This document shows positions 1 to 15,470 of a stretch of 64,000 bases of DNA, one piece after another. Within the stretch, counting starts at the first letter, position 1, and every line of letters starts with the position of its first letter. A program made the position numbers and the translations under genes. A model generated the notes under the pieces. The model did not search any database, was not told the origin of the DNA, and was given only the letters and a program-made list of their open reading frames with translations. The DNA comes from the human T2T-CHM13v2.0 reference genome, Homo sapiens, in the NCBI RefSeq assembly GCF_009914755.1, contig NC_060927.1, one strand, 5' to 3'.

Positions 1-409
1 TAGAAGGAACTTGAAAGTAAAAATAAAGTTTGAATTGTAGGTAGTTCCCTAAGCAAAGGTTATAATATCAGAGATAGTGTGTTCTAATCTACTAGCTCCC
101 TCTGTCCTTTGGCAAAGAACAATGATTTCAAGGAATTCTACTCACAATTATCCTGACAATTGTAATGACTAACCTTCACTCAACGTTGTTTCTGGATCAA
201 AGTTTCTTCTTCTGTAAAATAACAAAACACTCTACTTTGTCTAGTCACCAGACTGCTATGTAGACAACATAAAATGACTTTCATGAAACACAAAGAACAT
301 TATTTGTTAAAACTAATTTCTCATCACAAACTATGTTAATTGCGAGAATGAGTAATAACTCCAAGGGGATTTTACTTGTAATTCCAAAGACAGTTACCCT
401 TGTTCAGGC

Positions 410-700
410 TCTGTTATATTGGCAGAACCTGTTAGTTGTTTTGCATAAACTGTATTTAATTATACATCATCTCTGTAGTTGAGTTATTGTATATTTTCAT
501 CATTTGATAGATGAGGAAATTATATTAGGTCGATGCAAACGTAATTGCGGTTTTTGCCATTGAAAGTAACGGCAAAAACCGCATTCTTGTTTGCACCAAA
601 CTAACGGATCAAGAAACTAGTAACTTGCTTAACGTTTAATGACTAAAAACTGTCAGACGCAAGCTTGGAACTCAAGTCTGAATTTAAAGTCCAGACTTTT
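410..700 (-). mobile_element. MIR SINE fragment, interrupted by MADE1
   Basis: 'catttgatagatgaggaaat...agtaacttgcttaacg...tgtcagacgcaagcttggaactcaagtctga' resembles the reverse-strand MIR core. Boundaries approximate. Confidence 0.65.
525..604. mobile_element. MADE1 (Hsmar1-derived 80-bp MITE)
   Basis: 80-bp near-palindrome ttaggtcgatgcaaacgtaattgcggtttttgccat...ggcaaaaaccgcattcttgtttgcaccaaactaa, with TA immediately 5' (523-524). Confidence 0.92.
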
Positions 701-1894
701 CCCACAATGCCAAGCAGCTTCAGTTGATCTCCAGCCAAATAGTTAGCCTTATTGACTATTGAAAAGGTAGTTTAACCTGGTAGTCCTCCATCTTTGAAGA
801 GAATTCTCCAACTTCAGTTGAAATTAATTATTATCCTGTGCATTCCTAACCATTTTATTAAAAATAAGTATAAAAATAAAATATGATAATTAAAAATATA
901 GATAAATAAATATAATTGAACTATTTCACTTAACAATACAAATTATCAGTTTAGATTTTTCAAATTCTGAATTCTGCATATAAGAGAATCAACTTAAATA
1001 TAAGGATATAAAAAGTTGGAAAAGAGTGGGAAAAGTTATACCTTGCAAAAACTAAGCAACAAAAAGCTTGTACGGATATATGGAGCACACTGTAAACAAG
1101 AAGTATTACTAGAGATAAAGAGGGAGACTCATAATTTTAAACACCATTGAAGAAGATACTAAATTTCTAAATATGTATATATCTAATAGCATTGCTTCAA
1201 AATATGATAGTAATTGCCAGAAATAAAGTTGAAAGAGACAAACCCATAATCTCGAAATGAAAAAAAGAAAAGAAAGTCACGAAGTGTTGGAAATTTAAGT
1301 AGTTCATTTATAAAAATCTCATGAAAAGAGAAAAAAATCATAAACGTTCAAAATATTTTCAGCTGAATTATAATAAAAATAAGACAGTAAAATTTGCTTT
1401 GCTTTTTTTTAACTTTTTCACATGGATACTTAGATCACTGATTATTAGACTTTTTCTTAAAATTTGTTGACTTGCTTTATATATAGTTGGTTTTGATATT
1501 CTACATTCTTCAGAAGTTAAAAAAAAAAAAAAAAAGTAGTTAAATCCCCCAAAAATTGAAGGAAAAAATAAGAAAGACAAAAGATGAAGTTCATGTTAGG
1601 GAATATAATGGAATTTTGGAGGAATTCAGTAAAGTCTAAAGTCAGTTTTTAAAGACAAATCTAATAAAAGTGATAAACTCTTATCAACACTGATTTAAAA
1701 AAGAGCACAAATTTACCAATATCAACATGAAAAAAGAATTATCCCTATAGGTTCTATAGATAGTAAAAATACAATAAAGATTATTATAAATATAGAGAAT
1801 TATAAAATTTAGAAAATTTATAGCACACACATCTCTCTCCTAAAGAAGTGCAAAAATAATTTTACATTTTGCTAATCAAATAATTACATTCAAT

Positions 1895-2197
1895 AATATA
1901 TGTGTAATCCATTATACATAATAAATACATATCTATGATGCATACACATAATATATCCATAATACATGATATATTACATATGTGATATATTACATATATA
2001 TGATATGCACATACATACCTATATAAATGTGTCTGTAGTATGTATGTGTGTGCCTATACAAATATCAAACTTAATACATAATATATATGGGATCTATACA
2101 TACATACATCATCCCCAGTTTTTTATATATCTATAACTGTTTTATATATCTATACACATATATGTACACTGTTCACATATATATATTTATATATATG
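1895..2197. repeat. Degenerate (TA)/(CATA)-rich low-complexity tract
   Basis: Visible ta/cata repeats. Confidence 0.8.
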
Positions 2198-3646
2198 AAA
2201 TCACAATCACTGAGATTTATTGTAGAAATAAAAATTTGGTGGAGCAATGAAAGAATGCATGTATCATTACTATAATTCCCCAACATCAACTAAATAATGG
2301 AGGGTAATCATGTGATCATCTGAATACTTACAAAAAATCATTTGACATAATCAATACCCATTTAAGATAAAATTCTTAGGAAAGAAAGAATATAAATAAA
2401 TGTCCCTAACATAGTTAAGTATATATACAAAAAAAGGTTAAATATCATATTTAACCATGAAATACTGAATGTTCTATCCAGAGAAAGATCAGAGGAGTGA
2501 AGATGTCCACTGTCTCCACTTACATTCCACATTGCACTAGAATTTGTAACTAGTTCAATTAGACAAGAAGAAGAAACAAAAATTATAAGTCTTGGATAGG
2601 AAGAAATGAAACTGATTCACAAATGACATTCACAGACGATATGATTTTGTGCAAGGAAAACACAAAAGCATCTATAGAGCTATAAACAATTAAAATTAAA
2701 ATTAAGTAAATTTTGTTGTATATAAAATCAATATACAGAAATAAATTGTATTTTTGAATACCAGGAACAAAAAAATGAAATTTGAAAAAAATGTATAATA
2801 GTATCAAATAATTAAATACCTAAGAACAACCTTAACAAAATATTTGAACAACCCTTACCCTAATAATATACTTAAAACATTCCTAAGAGACATTAAAGAA
2901 AGCCTAAATAAATAGAAGGGAAATCATGTTTTGTATTAGAACGTCTGCTATGTTCCAAATCTCCATAAACTGATCAATTGATGCGATATAATCTGAATGA
3001 AAATCTGAATAGAATCTGAACAACAACTTCTCAAATTCCGTCAAAATTTGATGGAATCAACTTCAAATTCAGCTTCAAATCAAAACCTTAATCAGGCTTG
3101 ATTAGTGAAATTCATCAAGCTTCAAATTCAAATTTTGAATAAATTCTAAAATTTATTTGAAGACATAAAAGGTTTAGAACAGTCAGTAAAATATGAAAGA
3201 ATAATGTAGAATGTACATTGCCAGGTTTCAAGACATATAAAGTCACAGTAGTAAACAATAACCTGGCATAAGTAATGAAGAACAATAACAAAGAATAGAG
3301 TCCAAAAAATTACCCACACAGATGTGAATACATGATTTATGACAGTGGTGACCTCGTTAACAATGCAGATTATAACTTTGTGTATTTTTATCAATAAATA
3401 ACCCTGGATCAATGGAATATCCATATAAAAATTATCTGTGCCTCACACTAAATCCCAAAATAAATATTAGAAGGCTTGGTGATCTAAATAATAAAGGTGA
3501 AAAATAAAGTGCCCAGCTGATACATACAAACATAATAGCTATCATAGAAGAATGATGGATATCATAAAAGAATGTCCCTGGGGTAGACAGAGATTTATTA
3601 AATAGGACATCAAAGCACTAACCATGAAAGAAGATGATATAAATTT

Positions 3647-4140
3647 TTCTACCAAAAAGACACATGCACTCCTATGTACATCACAGCACTATTCACAATA
3701 GCAACGACATGGAATCAACCTAGATGCCCATCAATGGTAGACTAGATAAAGAAAATGTGGTACATATATACCATGGAATACTACATAGCAATAATAAAGA
3801 ATAAGATCATGTTCTTGGCAGCAACGTGGATGCAGCTGGACACCATTATCCTAAGCAAATTAACACATAACAGAAAATTAAATACTGCATGATCTCACTT
3901 GTAAGTGGGAGCTAAACATTGAGTATACATGGACATAAATATGGGAACAATAGATATTGAGGACTATTAGATGGAGAAGGGTGGGAGGAGAGCAAGGATT
4001 GAAAAACTACCTATTAGGTACTGTGCTCACAACCTGAGTGACAGGATCATTTGTATACCAAACCTCCGCTACTCACAATTTACCCATGTAACAAACCTGC
4101 ACGTGTACCCCCGAACCTAAAATAAAAGCTGAAAAAAAGA
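3647..4140 (+). mobile_element. L1PA13-16/L1PB-like 3' end nested in the older L1
   Basis: Canonical end of L1 ORF2 and 3' UTR (catggaatcaacctagatgcccatcaatgg...acaaacctgcacgtgtaccc) with an A tail. Degenerate TSD gaagatgatataaatt / gaaaatgtttataaatt. Confidence 0.85.
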
Positions 4141-5496
4141 GAAAATGTTTATAAATTGAATATATTAAAATTAAAATCTATTTATTAAAATAAAAATTTA
4201 GAGAATAAATAGGCAACCACAGAGTGGAGAAGATATTTGCAATTTGTTCATATAACAAAACACTCATACTCAAAATACATAAGATCCATAAAAACTAATA
4301 AGAAAACAATGGCCAAATAGAAGTAACAGCAGAAGTTCTGGACATCCACTTTATGAATAAAGATATCCAATTGGTCAGTAGACCTATGAAAAGTACTCAA
4401 TACCATTTATCATCAGGGGCATGTCAATTAAAGCTAAAGAAAATACCACCACAAACCCTAGCCAAAACCATAAATTTTTTAAAGGAAAAGTGTGTTAATG
4501 AAAATGGATGTGGCATAATTGGAACTCTTATCCAGTGCAGTGAAGATTGTAAATTGGTTAAGCCACTTTGGAAAACTGTTTGGCTATATCTGTGAAAGCT
4601 GAACACATACATAATTTATCACTTTGTAATTCCATTACTAGGTATACAGCCACAAGAAATTTGTACATTTCTCCTAAAACACATGAACAAAACTGTGCAT
4701 AGAAGCACTGATCGTAACTGCCTCATGTAGTAAGCAACCCACATGTAAATCAATAGTAGAATAGAAAAATTTTATTTTTGTGATATATTCAAACAATGGA
4801 ATAATATACACCAGTGAAAATACATAAGCTACTGCTCTATGCAATTATAATAGATGAATTAAAAAACAGTTGGACAGAAGAAGCCAGACACAAATAGTAT
4901 ACACTGTTATAATAATTATATTTATACAAGGTTGAAAAACAGGTAAACGATAGAGTTGGAAGTCAAGATACCAGGTGTCTTTTCATGACAGTAGGGAAGA
5001 CACAAGGGAACTTGCTTTACTGTTAGTTTTGTCATTCTTGATCAGGGTGAAGGTTATATAGGTAGATTTACCCTGAAAAAAATGCATCAAGCTGTGTACA
5101 GTTGATTTGTAGACTCACACACAACACCCCTCATACATTAACAAAAAAATGCTTATTAAAAGTGGAAGAATCAGGGAATGTTCCCATGTGACTTCGTGTT
5201 AAAATAGAACTGTTTATTCTGCCTATTCATGGAACTAGTCCATTATGAATTGGAGCTCTAATTAACATACACATTGAAAATTTTGGTTTATTTTAAGAAT
5301 TGGAAGTTGAAGTCCATACTCTTCTTGGTAAATGTTTCCATTTGCATCAAGGTAGGGCAGACTAGCCAGACTAGCTTAGAACTTCAGACTTACATTTATA
5401 TTAATATATATTGAAACATACAGTTTTAATACAGCTTGAATTGGTAAAAAAATTTACTAAATATTAAGTGTTTATAGAGTTTGTTTTCCCAACATA

Positions 5497-6010
5497 TATG
5501 TTAGGAATAAGTTCAGCTGTATGCAAAATCTAAATCAGATAGGATGATTTTTAACTTCATGTTAAAGAAACCTACCCACAGTGCCTGAAGTAAATAGGCT
5601 ATTATTTTTCTCACATAACAAGAAGTCCAGACCAAGCTAGACTATCAAGGGCTGTGTCAGAAGCTTCACCTGAAATTATAATTGTCCTATTTTCTTTCTA
5701 GCTTTCTACTGTACCATCCTTAGCATTCTTTATCCTCATGCTTGAATCCTCAGTATCCAGTCTCACATTCATGCTCTTGGCAGGAGGAAAGATAAAGAAT
5801 GAAGAAGTATAGCAGAAGCCATAAATTAGGAAAGCAAACATTTTCTTAGAGATTCACCATCTTCTGCTTGTGTCTCCTGCCCCACTCCTTAACTGTAAGG
5901 CGGTGAAGAAAGGTGTTACTTTGTTGAGCTCAATGCATTCTAAACAAAACTGGGGTTCTTTTGTTGAGAAACCAGGAGTGAATATTGAGTAGGCAAGGAA
6001 GAGTATCCAT
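5497..6010 (-). mobile_element. Ancient MaLR/ERVL LTR (MLT1J/K/L-like)
   Basis: Motifs 'tttttctcacataacaagaagtccag' and 'ggggttcttttgttgag...gaatattgagtaggcaa' are typical of old MLT1 LTRs. Confidence 0.6.
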
Positions 6011-8458
6011 TATGCGTATGTTTTTCTCACTCCCCCAAACCAATAGGAATTGCTGACAGCATCTCTCAATATATGACACCAGGGTGCAAATCCACTTTTT
6101 ATTACGTTCAAACAGCAATTTAAATATGGAATGATTTGGTTATGCTTTCTACAGAAAACCTGACTCAGACTCTTTTTCAGATGTAATGTTTTGAAGAGCG
6201 GTATATTTTAAATGCTAATAATAGCATTATAGCAATTCTTTTTGCATGTGACATTTCAAAGGGAACATTTTTTTCAAGTAAGCATTGATGGATCATTTAT
6301 ATACACAGCAATGAAATTACTGCACAGTTCCATTTAAACCACTTTTTTCCAACCTACCAGAAACTGCCATTTTAAATTAAGGTTTGAATTCAATAACATC
6401 TAAAGGCATTTTTGAGTAACATATTTTCATAAAATGTGCTGAGTTGGTAAAACATGTCAATAATTCAAAAGTATATCAATTTTTTTTAACCTCTGCTAAA
6501 ATAGTTTCCTTTAGTAACCTAAAAAGATATTTGTGTTTCATATACTTGGAGAAAATAATCTAGGATCACCATTCGTATATAATTTGCATACATATATTAT
6601 ACTATAGTGACCCTATTTAAAAGTTTTGAGGGTTCACAAAGATGACTGAAGAGATTTTCATAAAGCTTGAGTTATATAAAGAGAATGAGAAGCCAAGAAA
6701 TTGTGTAGGACCAAATAGTCTTCTTGGAATGATGCCATAGAAATATGTCAATGTTTTTGAATACGTGTAAGTCCCAACCTTCACAAATGCATTTTCAAAT
6801 AAAATAATAAAATTTTCTTAGTTTAGGTAGATAATTTTTTAAAATCACTGCTTATACAATAAAAATAGATCTATGAGAAGTACTTTGAGGTATTGTGACA
6901 AAGGCCTCAATAATCTGACTTAGAAAAATTTTCAAGAGTTAAAGATCTCCACAGTATGTCCCCAGCTCTCTTGTCTGTGCTTCTGTTCAAATGCCTGATT
7001 TGTATTTCTGTTCCTCCAAGGCTCAAAGCTTGTCCTGACGTGCACCTAACTGGATGGAGTTCTAACAGCTTCTCTTACCTTTATGCCTCCTCTCCAGAGC
7101 TTGGATCCGCTTGCTGAGACTGCTTAAAATCTGGCAGATGTTCTAGTAACCCTGATGCTGCCAATGCCTAAATGGGAGAAGTACAAGTTGCCTTTCTGTA
7201 TGAAGATTAGTGCTGCCTGGGGAAGGGGGCTGCAACTCAACTAGGTTGCAGAAGCCTGGCCCCGTGAATACATACCTGGTTCAGGAAAATGAGATCATTG
7301 CCAAATTTAACTGATAGATAGGACGGCAACCCAGAAATGCCTTCTTTCATTGTACCCTTTTCTTTCCTTCATACAATTTTCAAAATCTGCATTCTGTATT
7401 TAGTGTGTGTCTCTTTTGCAGACTTGCATCCCTTTGTTATGGATGTAGGTTTCCATCTCCCTTTGGACAATACCAGCTTCATGGGCTATGACCTAGTGCA
7501 GTCCCACAGGGCCCCACATTTGGTTTAACACTCTGCTACCAGCGTACTGAAATTTTAATCATTGTATCTTTGAACTTGTGTTTCATAAGTGAAGTCTGAT
7601 AGGGCAGTGGAGCATCAACATGAGCAGGCAGCAGTGTGAACACATGCGGGCTCAGACCTGGGGGCACAGCAGGCAGTGTCAGGCACCAAGCAACTGGCAT
7701 GTTGCCCAGCACATATGCACATATCTGGGGCAGTCTGGGGAAACTGGGGAGGCCAGATTGATGGCACTGGCAGTGGCCACAGAAGCAAAAACGGCAGCAG
7801 CAGTAGAAGTGTTACAGCAGCCACGGCCTTGGGAAAGAGAAGGGATTCTGCTTCGGGACAGCACTGGGACTTACAGTGGGAGGTTGGCCCTGGAGTCTGT
7901 CCCTGTAGCATCTGTAAAAATATTAACTTTCCAGTCTAAATGCAGTCAGAAGAACTGCTAATGTTTAAACAATAAACTTTGTTACAAAATAAAAGCATAT
8001 GCATTGGTGTTGCATATCTCAATTACTCAGGAAGTAAATAACTCAGGGAGTTATTAGAATTCATCAAAGAGTTTAGAATCTCTGGTTTTCAAAACAGCAG
8101 CAACACTGCAAAGGAAATATGCACAGTCTTAGGAAGAAAGATTCAGTGTGAAGACTGTTACATTTGAAAGAAAAGAATACTTTCCTTTTTTTTTTTTTTT
8201 GAATGCTACAATAGAATAATAGATAGATGTTTTAAATTACCTGGAAATAGTAAAGCTGCTTTTGGTTTCTTATATACTGAGTTACAAGAAATGTCAGAGA
8301 AAATGTTACAATGCCATTATATAGATTTACATATCAAATTAAATTCAGATTTACACAAAGTGATCGTATGAAGAGTTCTTTTTAGAACAATTGTCCCAAA
8401 AGAATCATTAGCTCTTTATCTGGTAAAATTCACATTTCAAGATAATTTATCAAAGATT

Positions 8459-8551
8459 TATCCCAAAGTTGTCACAACCTATATAGTCTTAACAGCACCA
8501 ATAATGGCTGCATCAGCCAAAGTAATTCTCTCAAAATTAAAAATTACCAAT
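8459..8551 (+). pseudogene. hAT transposase C-terminal dimerisation-domain remnant
   Basis: Translates YPKVVTTYIVLTAPIMAASAKVILSKLKITN, resembling the hAT motif FP..LT.P.T.ASAERSFS.LK.IK. Confidence 0.7.
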
Positions 8552-8819
8552 TTGTTTTGTGATTATGCATTTGCCAAGAGCATTGATGTAGTTTTCAATT
8601 ACATTATTTGAAAAGGAAGTTGGTAATATTTTGGTAGCTTATTAAAAGAATTTGCAGAAAAGCAGGCCAGAAAATCCTTATAATAAATGAAGTTACGATA
8701 GTTTAAATCTTATGATTTATTGTATTATATAAAATTATGAAACGAAAATACTTTTTTATTGTATGTTTATGTTGTTATGCATGCATCACTATTACCCCCT
8801 GATGTTACATAAACAATAA

Positions 8820-9261
<442 letters not shown>

Positions 9262-9429
9262 TGAGTCCTGAAAATTATGTGCCCTTTCTCCTCTTTCACA
9301 CCCCTACCCTCAGAGCCGTCATAACAGCCTTATCCCTCTTCCCTCCTAATCCTGAACATTCATTATTCACTCCTGCCTTCTTGCTTCCCAGCCATTTGAG
9401 TCACAGCATGCTATTCCAGCAATAACAGC

Positions 9430-9610
9430 ATATTTTCAATTATTTTGAACACTTAGACTCTGCTAAAACCTTTACCTATAGTACCTAATTAATCATCACA
9501 ATCACACTGCAAGGTAGGTATTTTAGCTTAACTCTATAGACAGGAAAACAGAGGTTTACAGCGATAAAATGTTTTCTAATGTCACATGGCTAATTTTTGC
9601 ATGAAACCTA
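9430..9610 (-). mobile_element. MIR SINE
   Basis: 'aatcatcacaatcacactgcaaggtaggtatt...gacaggaaaacagagg...atgtcacatggcta'. Confidence 0.7.
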
Positions 9611-10628
9611 TAGGAAAATGGCAGAAACGTTAGATTTCCTTCCCTACATTTTGTATTCTCTTCCTCTGGAACAGAGACAGAAACTAGCTGAAACGTAGCC
9701 TGCTTGAGTTGAATTTTTTGGTGTATAATGGCTGAGTTTCCCAAGACAGAAAATCTACAACTTATTTTTGGTGAATAAGAGATAAAGAAGGCACAGAGAA
9801 GAGAAGAAAATAAACTACAGAGAATGTACACTTTCTCGCTAGTATAAAAGTAAGAATTTGCAACTAAAATGACCTATTTAGTGAGTTTCCTATGAAATCC
9901 TTTTTTTTATGACATTTGAGTTGAATTTGATATTTGGCAATAAATATCTTTTTTAATGCTGAATTGGCTAAGTATTGTATTTAAGGAAGCTTCTCAAAGG
10001 ACGAATCACCCACAGTTCTTTTAATGTTTACGGGATACTAATAGGAGGTAGATTTGAAATTAAGACTGTATTTTATATGAACATAATACAAGACTAATAT
10101 TTATGTACAGTGAGAACAACTTCTCCTTTGGAATGGTAATGCTCTTTGCACTGAGCAGCTGAGCCTCTGTAGTGCTCTCCATCACTTGTCAGATTTAACA
10201 TCCCAGAGTAAATAGCCCTCTGAATAGTAGCTGCAGGTCCATCTTGTTGATCCCAATTTGTCAAATGTTGCTGTGAAAAAAGCACTAACCCTTTAGAAAG
10301 GGTGTGAGGAGATTTGTAATTTATCTAAAACTCTAGATAAAGTCTTGGAAACACAGATTTCTATTTCTTCCAATTGCAAATATACTATCTTGCATCTATG
10401 TAGCCCCTATTGCCAAGAAACAAAATAGCACAATATAATTTTCAGTCTTCTACCTTTCTCTGTATCATTTTCAGTGAGGATATGGTAATAAATTTTTTAA
10501 TTGTTTATGCCTTTTTTAAGGAGTCAAAAGAACAGAGAAGGTAAAATATATAACATTAAACAATAAAACCAGTTTATAGCAGAGGTAAGATTAACATTCA
10601 GAAATGATTGGCAACACAACTCACTTTA

Positions 10629-11993
<1,365 letters not shown>

Positions 11994-12629
11994 AGAAAAT
12001 GTCTACATAATGTTGCGTAATAGCTAGGTACCAATTTTAAACTTCAATCAAGATACAAATGTTTTCATTTGTTTACAGATAAGAAGTTACTCTTAGTAAG
12101 CTGATTTGACTTATATTTTCTAATTTCAGTTGTTATCATTTGTTGACTTAAATTGAGGTCTTTCTTGGTTTAATAAAGTTATTGTTTCCTGTTAAGAAAA
12201 AGTGGTTTCCTAATTATATGTGAATTGTATCAATCATTCAAAGTTTCCTAGTAGGTGACCAGGTATCTGAATTATACCTTCATATATTCCCCCAGCAAAG
12301 AAAAGGAAATCATTTAAAGTTCAGTAAATTATTTTTCACAACAAAACAATAAACAGAATATAGCATCAGTAAGCTCCATAGACATCAAGCAAGACTTTCT
12401 ACTCTACACATGTTGAGGGAATGAGGATTGAAATTGGGACAAAGAAACTAATATTTTTATTAAGCTGGTTATATACTGCTTGTAAAAATATAGAAAACTG
12501 TAGCTAAAATACATGTGGTGAAACTTATTTTGGGATCTGCTTCATATATACATCAGGAGTAGTTAGATTCTGATCTAACACAGTATCTGTAGACCTCAGT
12601 GGTTCAGATACTGCTTCCATAACTCAATC

Positions 12630-12900
12630 TGTTATTCAAAAATTAAACATCAATTTATAGGCCAAGTTCCATGTTAGGCATAGGGAACACAAGAATGGAG
12701 ACAGCAAAGTTTGTATACATAAGGGATTTATAACCTAATAGAAGAGACAAGACTACAAATAACTATGATAGAAGGCAAAAATCACAAAAGAGAGTAATTT
12801 CAATGCTGTAGATATTTATGTGACAGAGAGGCCATCTGTTGGGTGGTAGTGGTGGATTGAAACGGAATATGAAGACAACAGCTTTTAAACAATATGATAG
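12630..12900 (-). mobile_element. L2 LINE 3' fragment
   Basis: 'ccaagttccatgttaggcatagggaacacaagaatg...agggatttataacctaatagaagagacaag' resembles the reverse L2 3' end. Confidence 0.55.
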
Positions 12901-14953
12901 ATCTGTAGGAGAGTAATTTGGATTAAATGTTGTTAAAAATTATGAGAGCACCTTTAAAATCAAATAGCCTGAATTTATAATCAGTAAACTTATGACTATC
13001 TCAAAAATATTCAGAAACTCAGGAGTGAGAATGTGAAAAGCAAAAGTTAAGGGTGATTTAGGGTGGGGATTGGCAAAGCAGGAATGGAAGTAATTTAAGG
13101 AACAAAATTTCTTGGGGAGTATCAGGTGATGGTGGAGGTGAGTAGTTATGAGGTACAGCCTGAAGAACAAATGAAGCGAGAAGAGATGTGATAACTTGGG
13201 GGGAAAAATGGAGTGGGCAAAGGATTGTGATTATAGGAAGATAAAGAGCAGGTTCTACAATGGTGACAGAGTGATGAACTAAAAGGTAAAAAAGTTATCA
13301 TTGTAAAGGCATGCTTATACCTCAGGTTTCCCAGCAACAAAGGAAATTCACTTCACAGAAGAGAAAATTGTAGAAGGTACAATTTGCTTTCCTCTCTTGA
13401 AGGTGCCTTGCAGCTTACTTAGAGGCAATATCAGGAAAGAAACTTCTGTGGCTCAGCCCCTTCTAGGGGGATCTACTTCAGTCTGTCAACAGGAAGCAGA
13501 CATCCTTCTTTTCTCTAATGTGGGAGGCCTTCATTTCTGTAAGTGGATTTTCATACACAAGGAAAAGCAGTAGGAATCCCATTATACCTAAGCCCAAGCT
13601 ACACTCTTCAAACTAGCACCAAAAATAATAAAGCTTTATCTGTCTGATACCTTTATGTATTTTTCAAAAGATCCTGAAGTTGGATAGACACAGAATATAA
13701 TTACAGATAATAACTATTATCTCCCCAAATCCCAACAGCAATGGGGAACAAAGCTTTTGAGTGTTTGAGAACTTTGAGCTGAAGAAATTGGGAGCAGTGA
13801 TAATATTCAGGGTGTGGCCAATAAATGGCTGTCTTGTGACAGAGAGAAAAATCACTAAATATGAGGAAGCCAAGAACCTCTGAAATAATAATATATAGAG
13901 AAAAATATTAACATGCATGCTAAAATCCCTAAGGAAGATTTCAGGGATTAAGCAGATAAATAAATATGGTAAGGTATTCACTAGGATTTTAAATAATGGA
14001 CAGAAAATGACTGAAAAAATATCGGTGAGTGTATGAAACAGTGAGAGCTATCATATACTTGTGATGGGAGTATAAATTGGTACAGTATGGTTTGGTATTG
14101 TCTAGTGATGTCTTCGTGCATATTCTAAGACCCTAAAATTCTACTCCTACATACTTGCCCTCAAAATATTCCTGCACATTAAGCCAAAATACGTATTCAA
14201 CTATGGTTTTGTTAGTAGTAGCACAAAAAAAGAACTGTCAGAAACTGCCATCATAGATTGCACTACTAAGTTGTAACCAGTGAAATATCATACAGTAATA
14301 AAAGTAAATAAGCCTCAACTACATTTAGCGTAGTTTTGAACTAAACTAAGATACATAGGAATAGTCAGAGGATGATTTCATAAGAGGTATTTAAAACAGG
14401 CAGCATAAATTTATATTATTTATCAAGTCACCCTTGACTTTTGCTTTTTTCCATTCCCTCTCTTGGGCCTCTTAACATTTTTTGAGGCAATCATAAATTT
14501 ACTGCTTACAAATTCAGGCTATCTGATTTTAAATGTGCTATCATCATTATTTAATCTATTATGAAAAATAGAGTTAGGCAAAAAAAAATTACCTGAGATA
14601 AAGAGAATAACTTTGTAATAACGAAAGTTTCATTTCAACTTAGAAGTTATAAAAATATTTAATTTGTATGTACCTAATAACATAGTCTAAGTACATATAA
14701 AGCAAGAATGAATAAGATTATAGAAAAAAAATCAAATGTACAAACAGCAAGAAATAGTTACAAAACTCATCTCTATAACGGACAGCACAAGGAACCAAAA
14801 ATGTTAGTAAGGATAGAAAATATTTTAATAACACAATTAACTAAATTGAACAAATGTAATTTAAGAACCTGTTAAACATCTATAAGAATAAACCATAATT
14901 GAGCCATAAAGCATTTCTTGACAAATTCTAAAGGGGTCTGAAATAATACAGAG

Positions 14954-15470
14954 TGTAGCCAGCAAGATCTAGTCAGGAAAGTAGAAATCATACTAGGTAA
15001 CCAACAGAGAGCTGTTGGTTAAATGGGTGTTAGAGAAATAAGAAAGCAAAAATACCACCTAGTCTGGGGAAGAAAGGGAGAGACCTGGAGCTAGGTCTCA
15101 GATTTCTAAAGAAGCGTTGCCGGACTGGTGCCTCGTGAAAGTCATGGTAAGAGTGGCTTTGAGAGTACAAAAAAAAAAAAGCCGGGGACTGGAACCAGCT
15201 ATTGGATTGTGGTGATTGGGTGTGGTTGAGGGAAAAGGACAGAAACAGCCAGCCAACAAGGAAGAATAAATCCTTGACCTCATTCTCAAGCAGTCTCCCT
15301 TCTATGCCTCCTATTGGTGGGACTTATCAGAAACAAAGAAACCTAACAGAAAACAAGAGAAGAAATACAACCTTAACCCAAGAGAAAACAAAGAAGAAAT
15401 ACAACATTACAAAGCAGAATATACAAAGATAAGTTTGGAGCTAAGAAAAAAATGACTCTAATTGCTGGCA
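14954..15470 (-). mobile_element. Old ERVL-type solo LTR inserted in L1
   Basis: Begins tgtagccagcaagatctagtcaggaaagtagaaatcatactagg and contains 'gcctcctattggtgggacttatcagaa'. L1 sequence resumes on both sides. Confidence 0.5.

Larger units (their letters stand above)
900..5160 (+). mobile_element. Ancient L1M (L1ME/MD-like) ORF2 plus 3' UTR, highly decayed
   Basis: A-rich strand with collinear L1 ORF2 remnants (gcatttgacataatcaataccca; aattagacaagaagaagaaacaaa; attcacagacgatatgatt) and an L1M-type 3' end (agaagccagacacaaaatagtatacactg). Confidence 0.8.

Noticed and set aside
7615-7961. Four overlapping ORFs in a GC-richer patch
   Set aside because: They lie inside the hAT fossil with no recognisable domain; stop-codon scarcity is explained by base composition.
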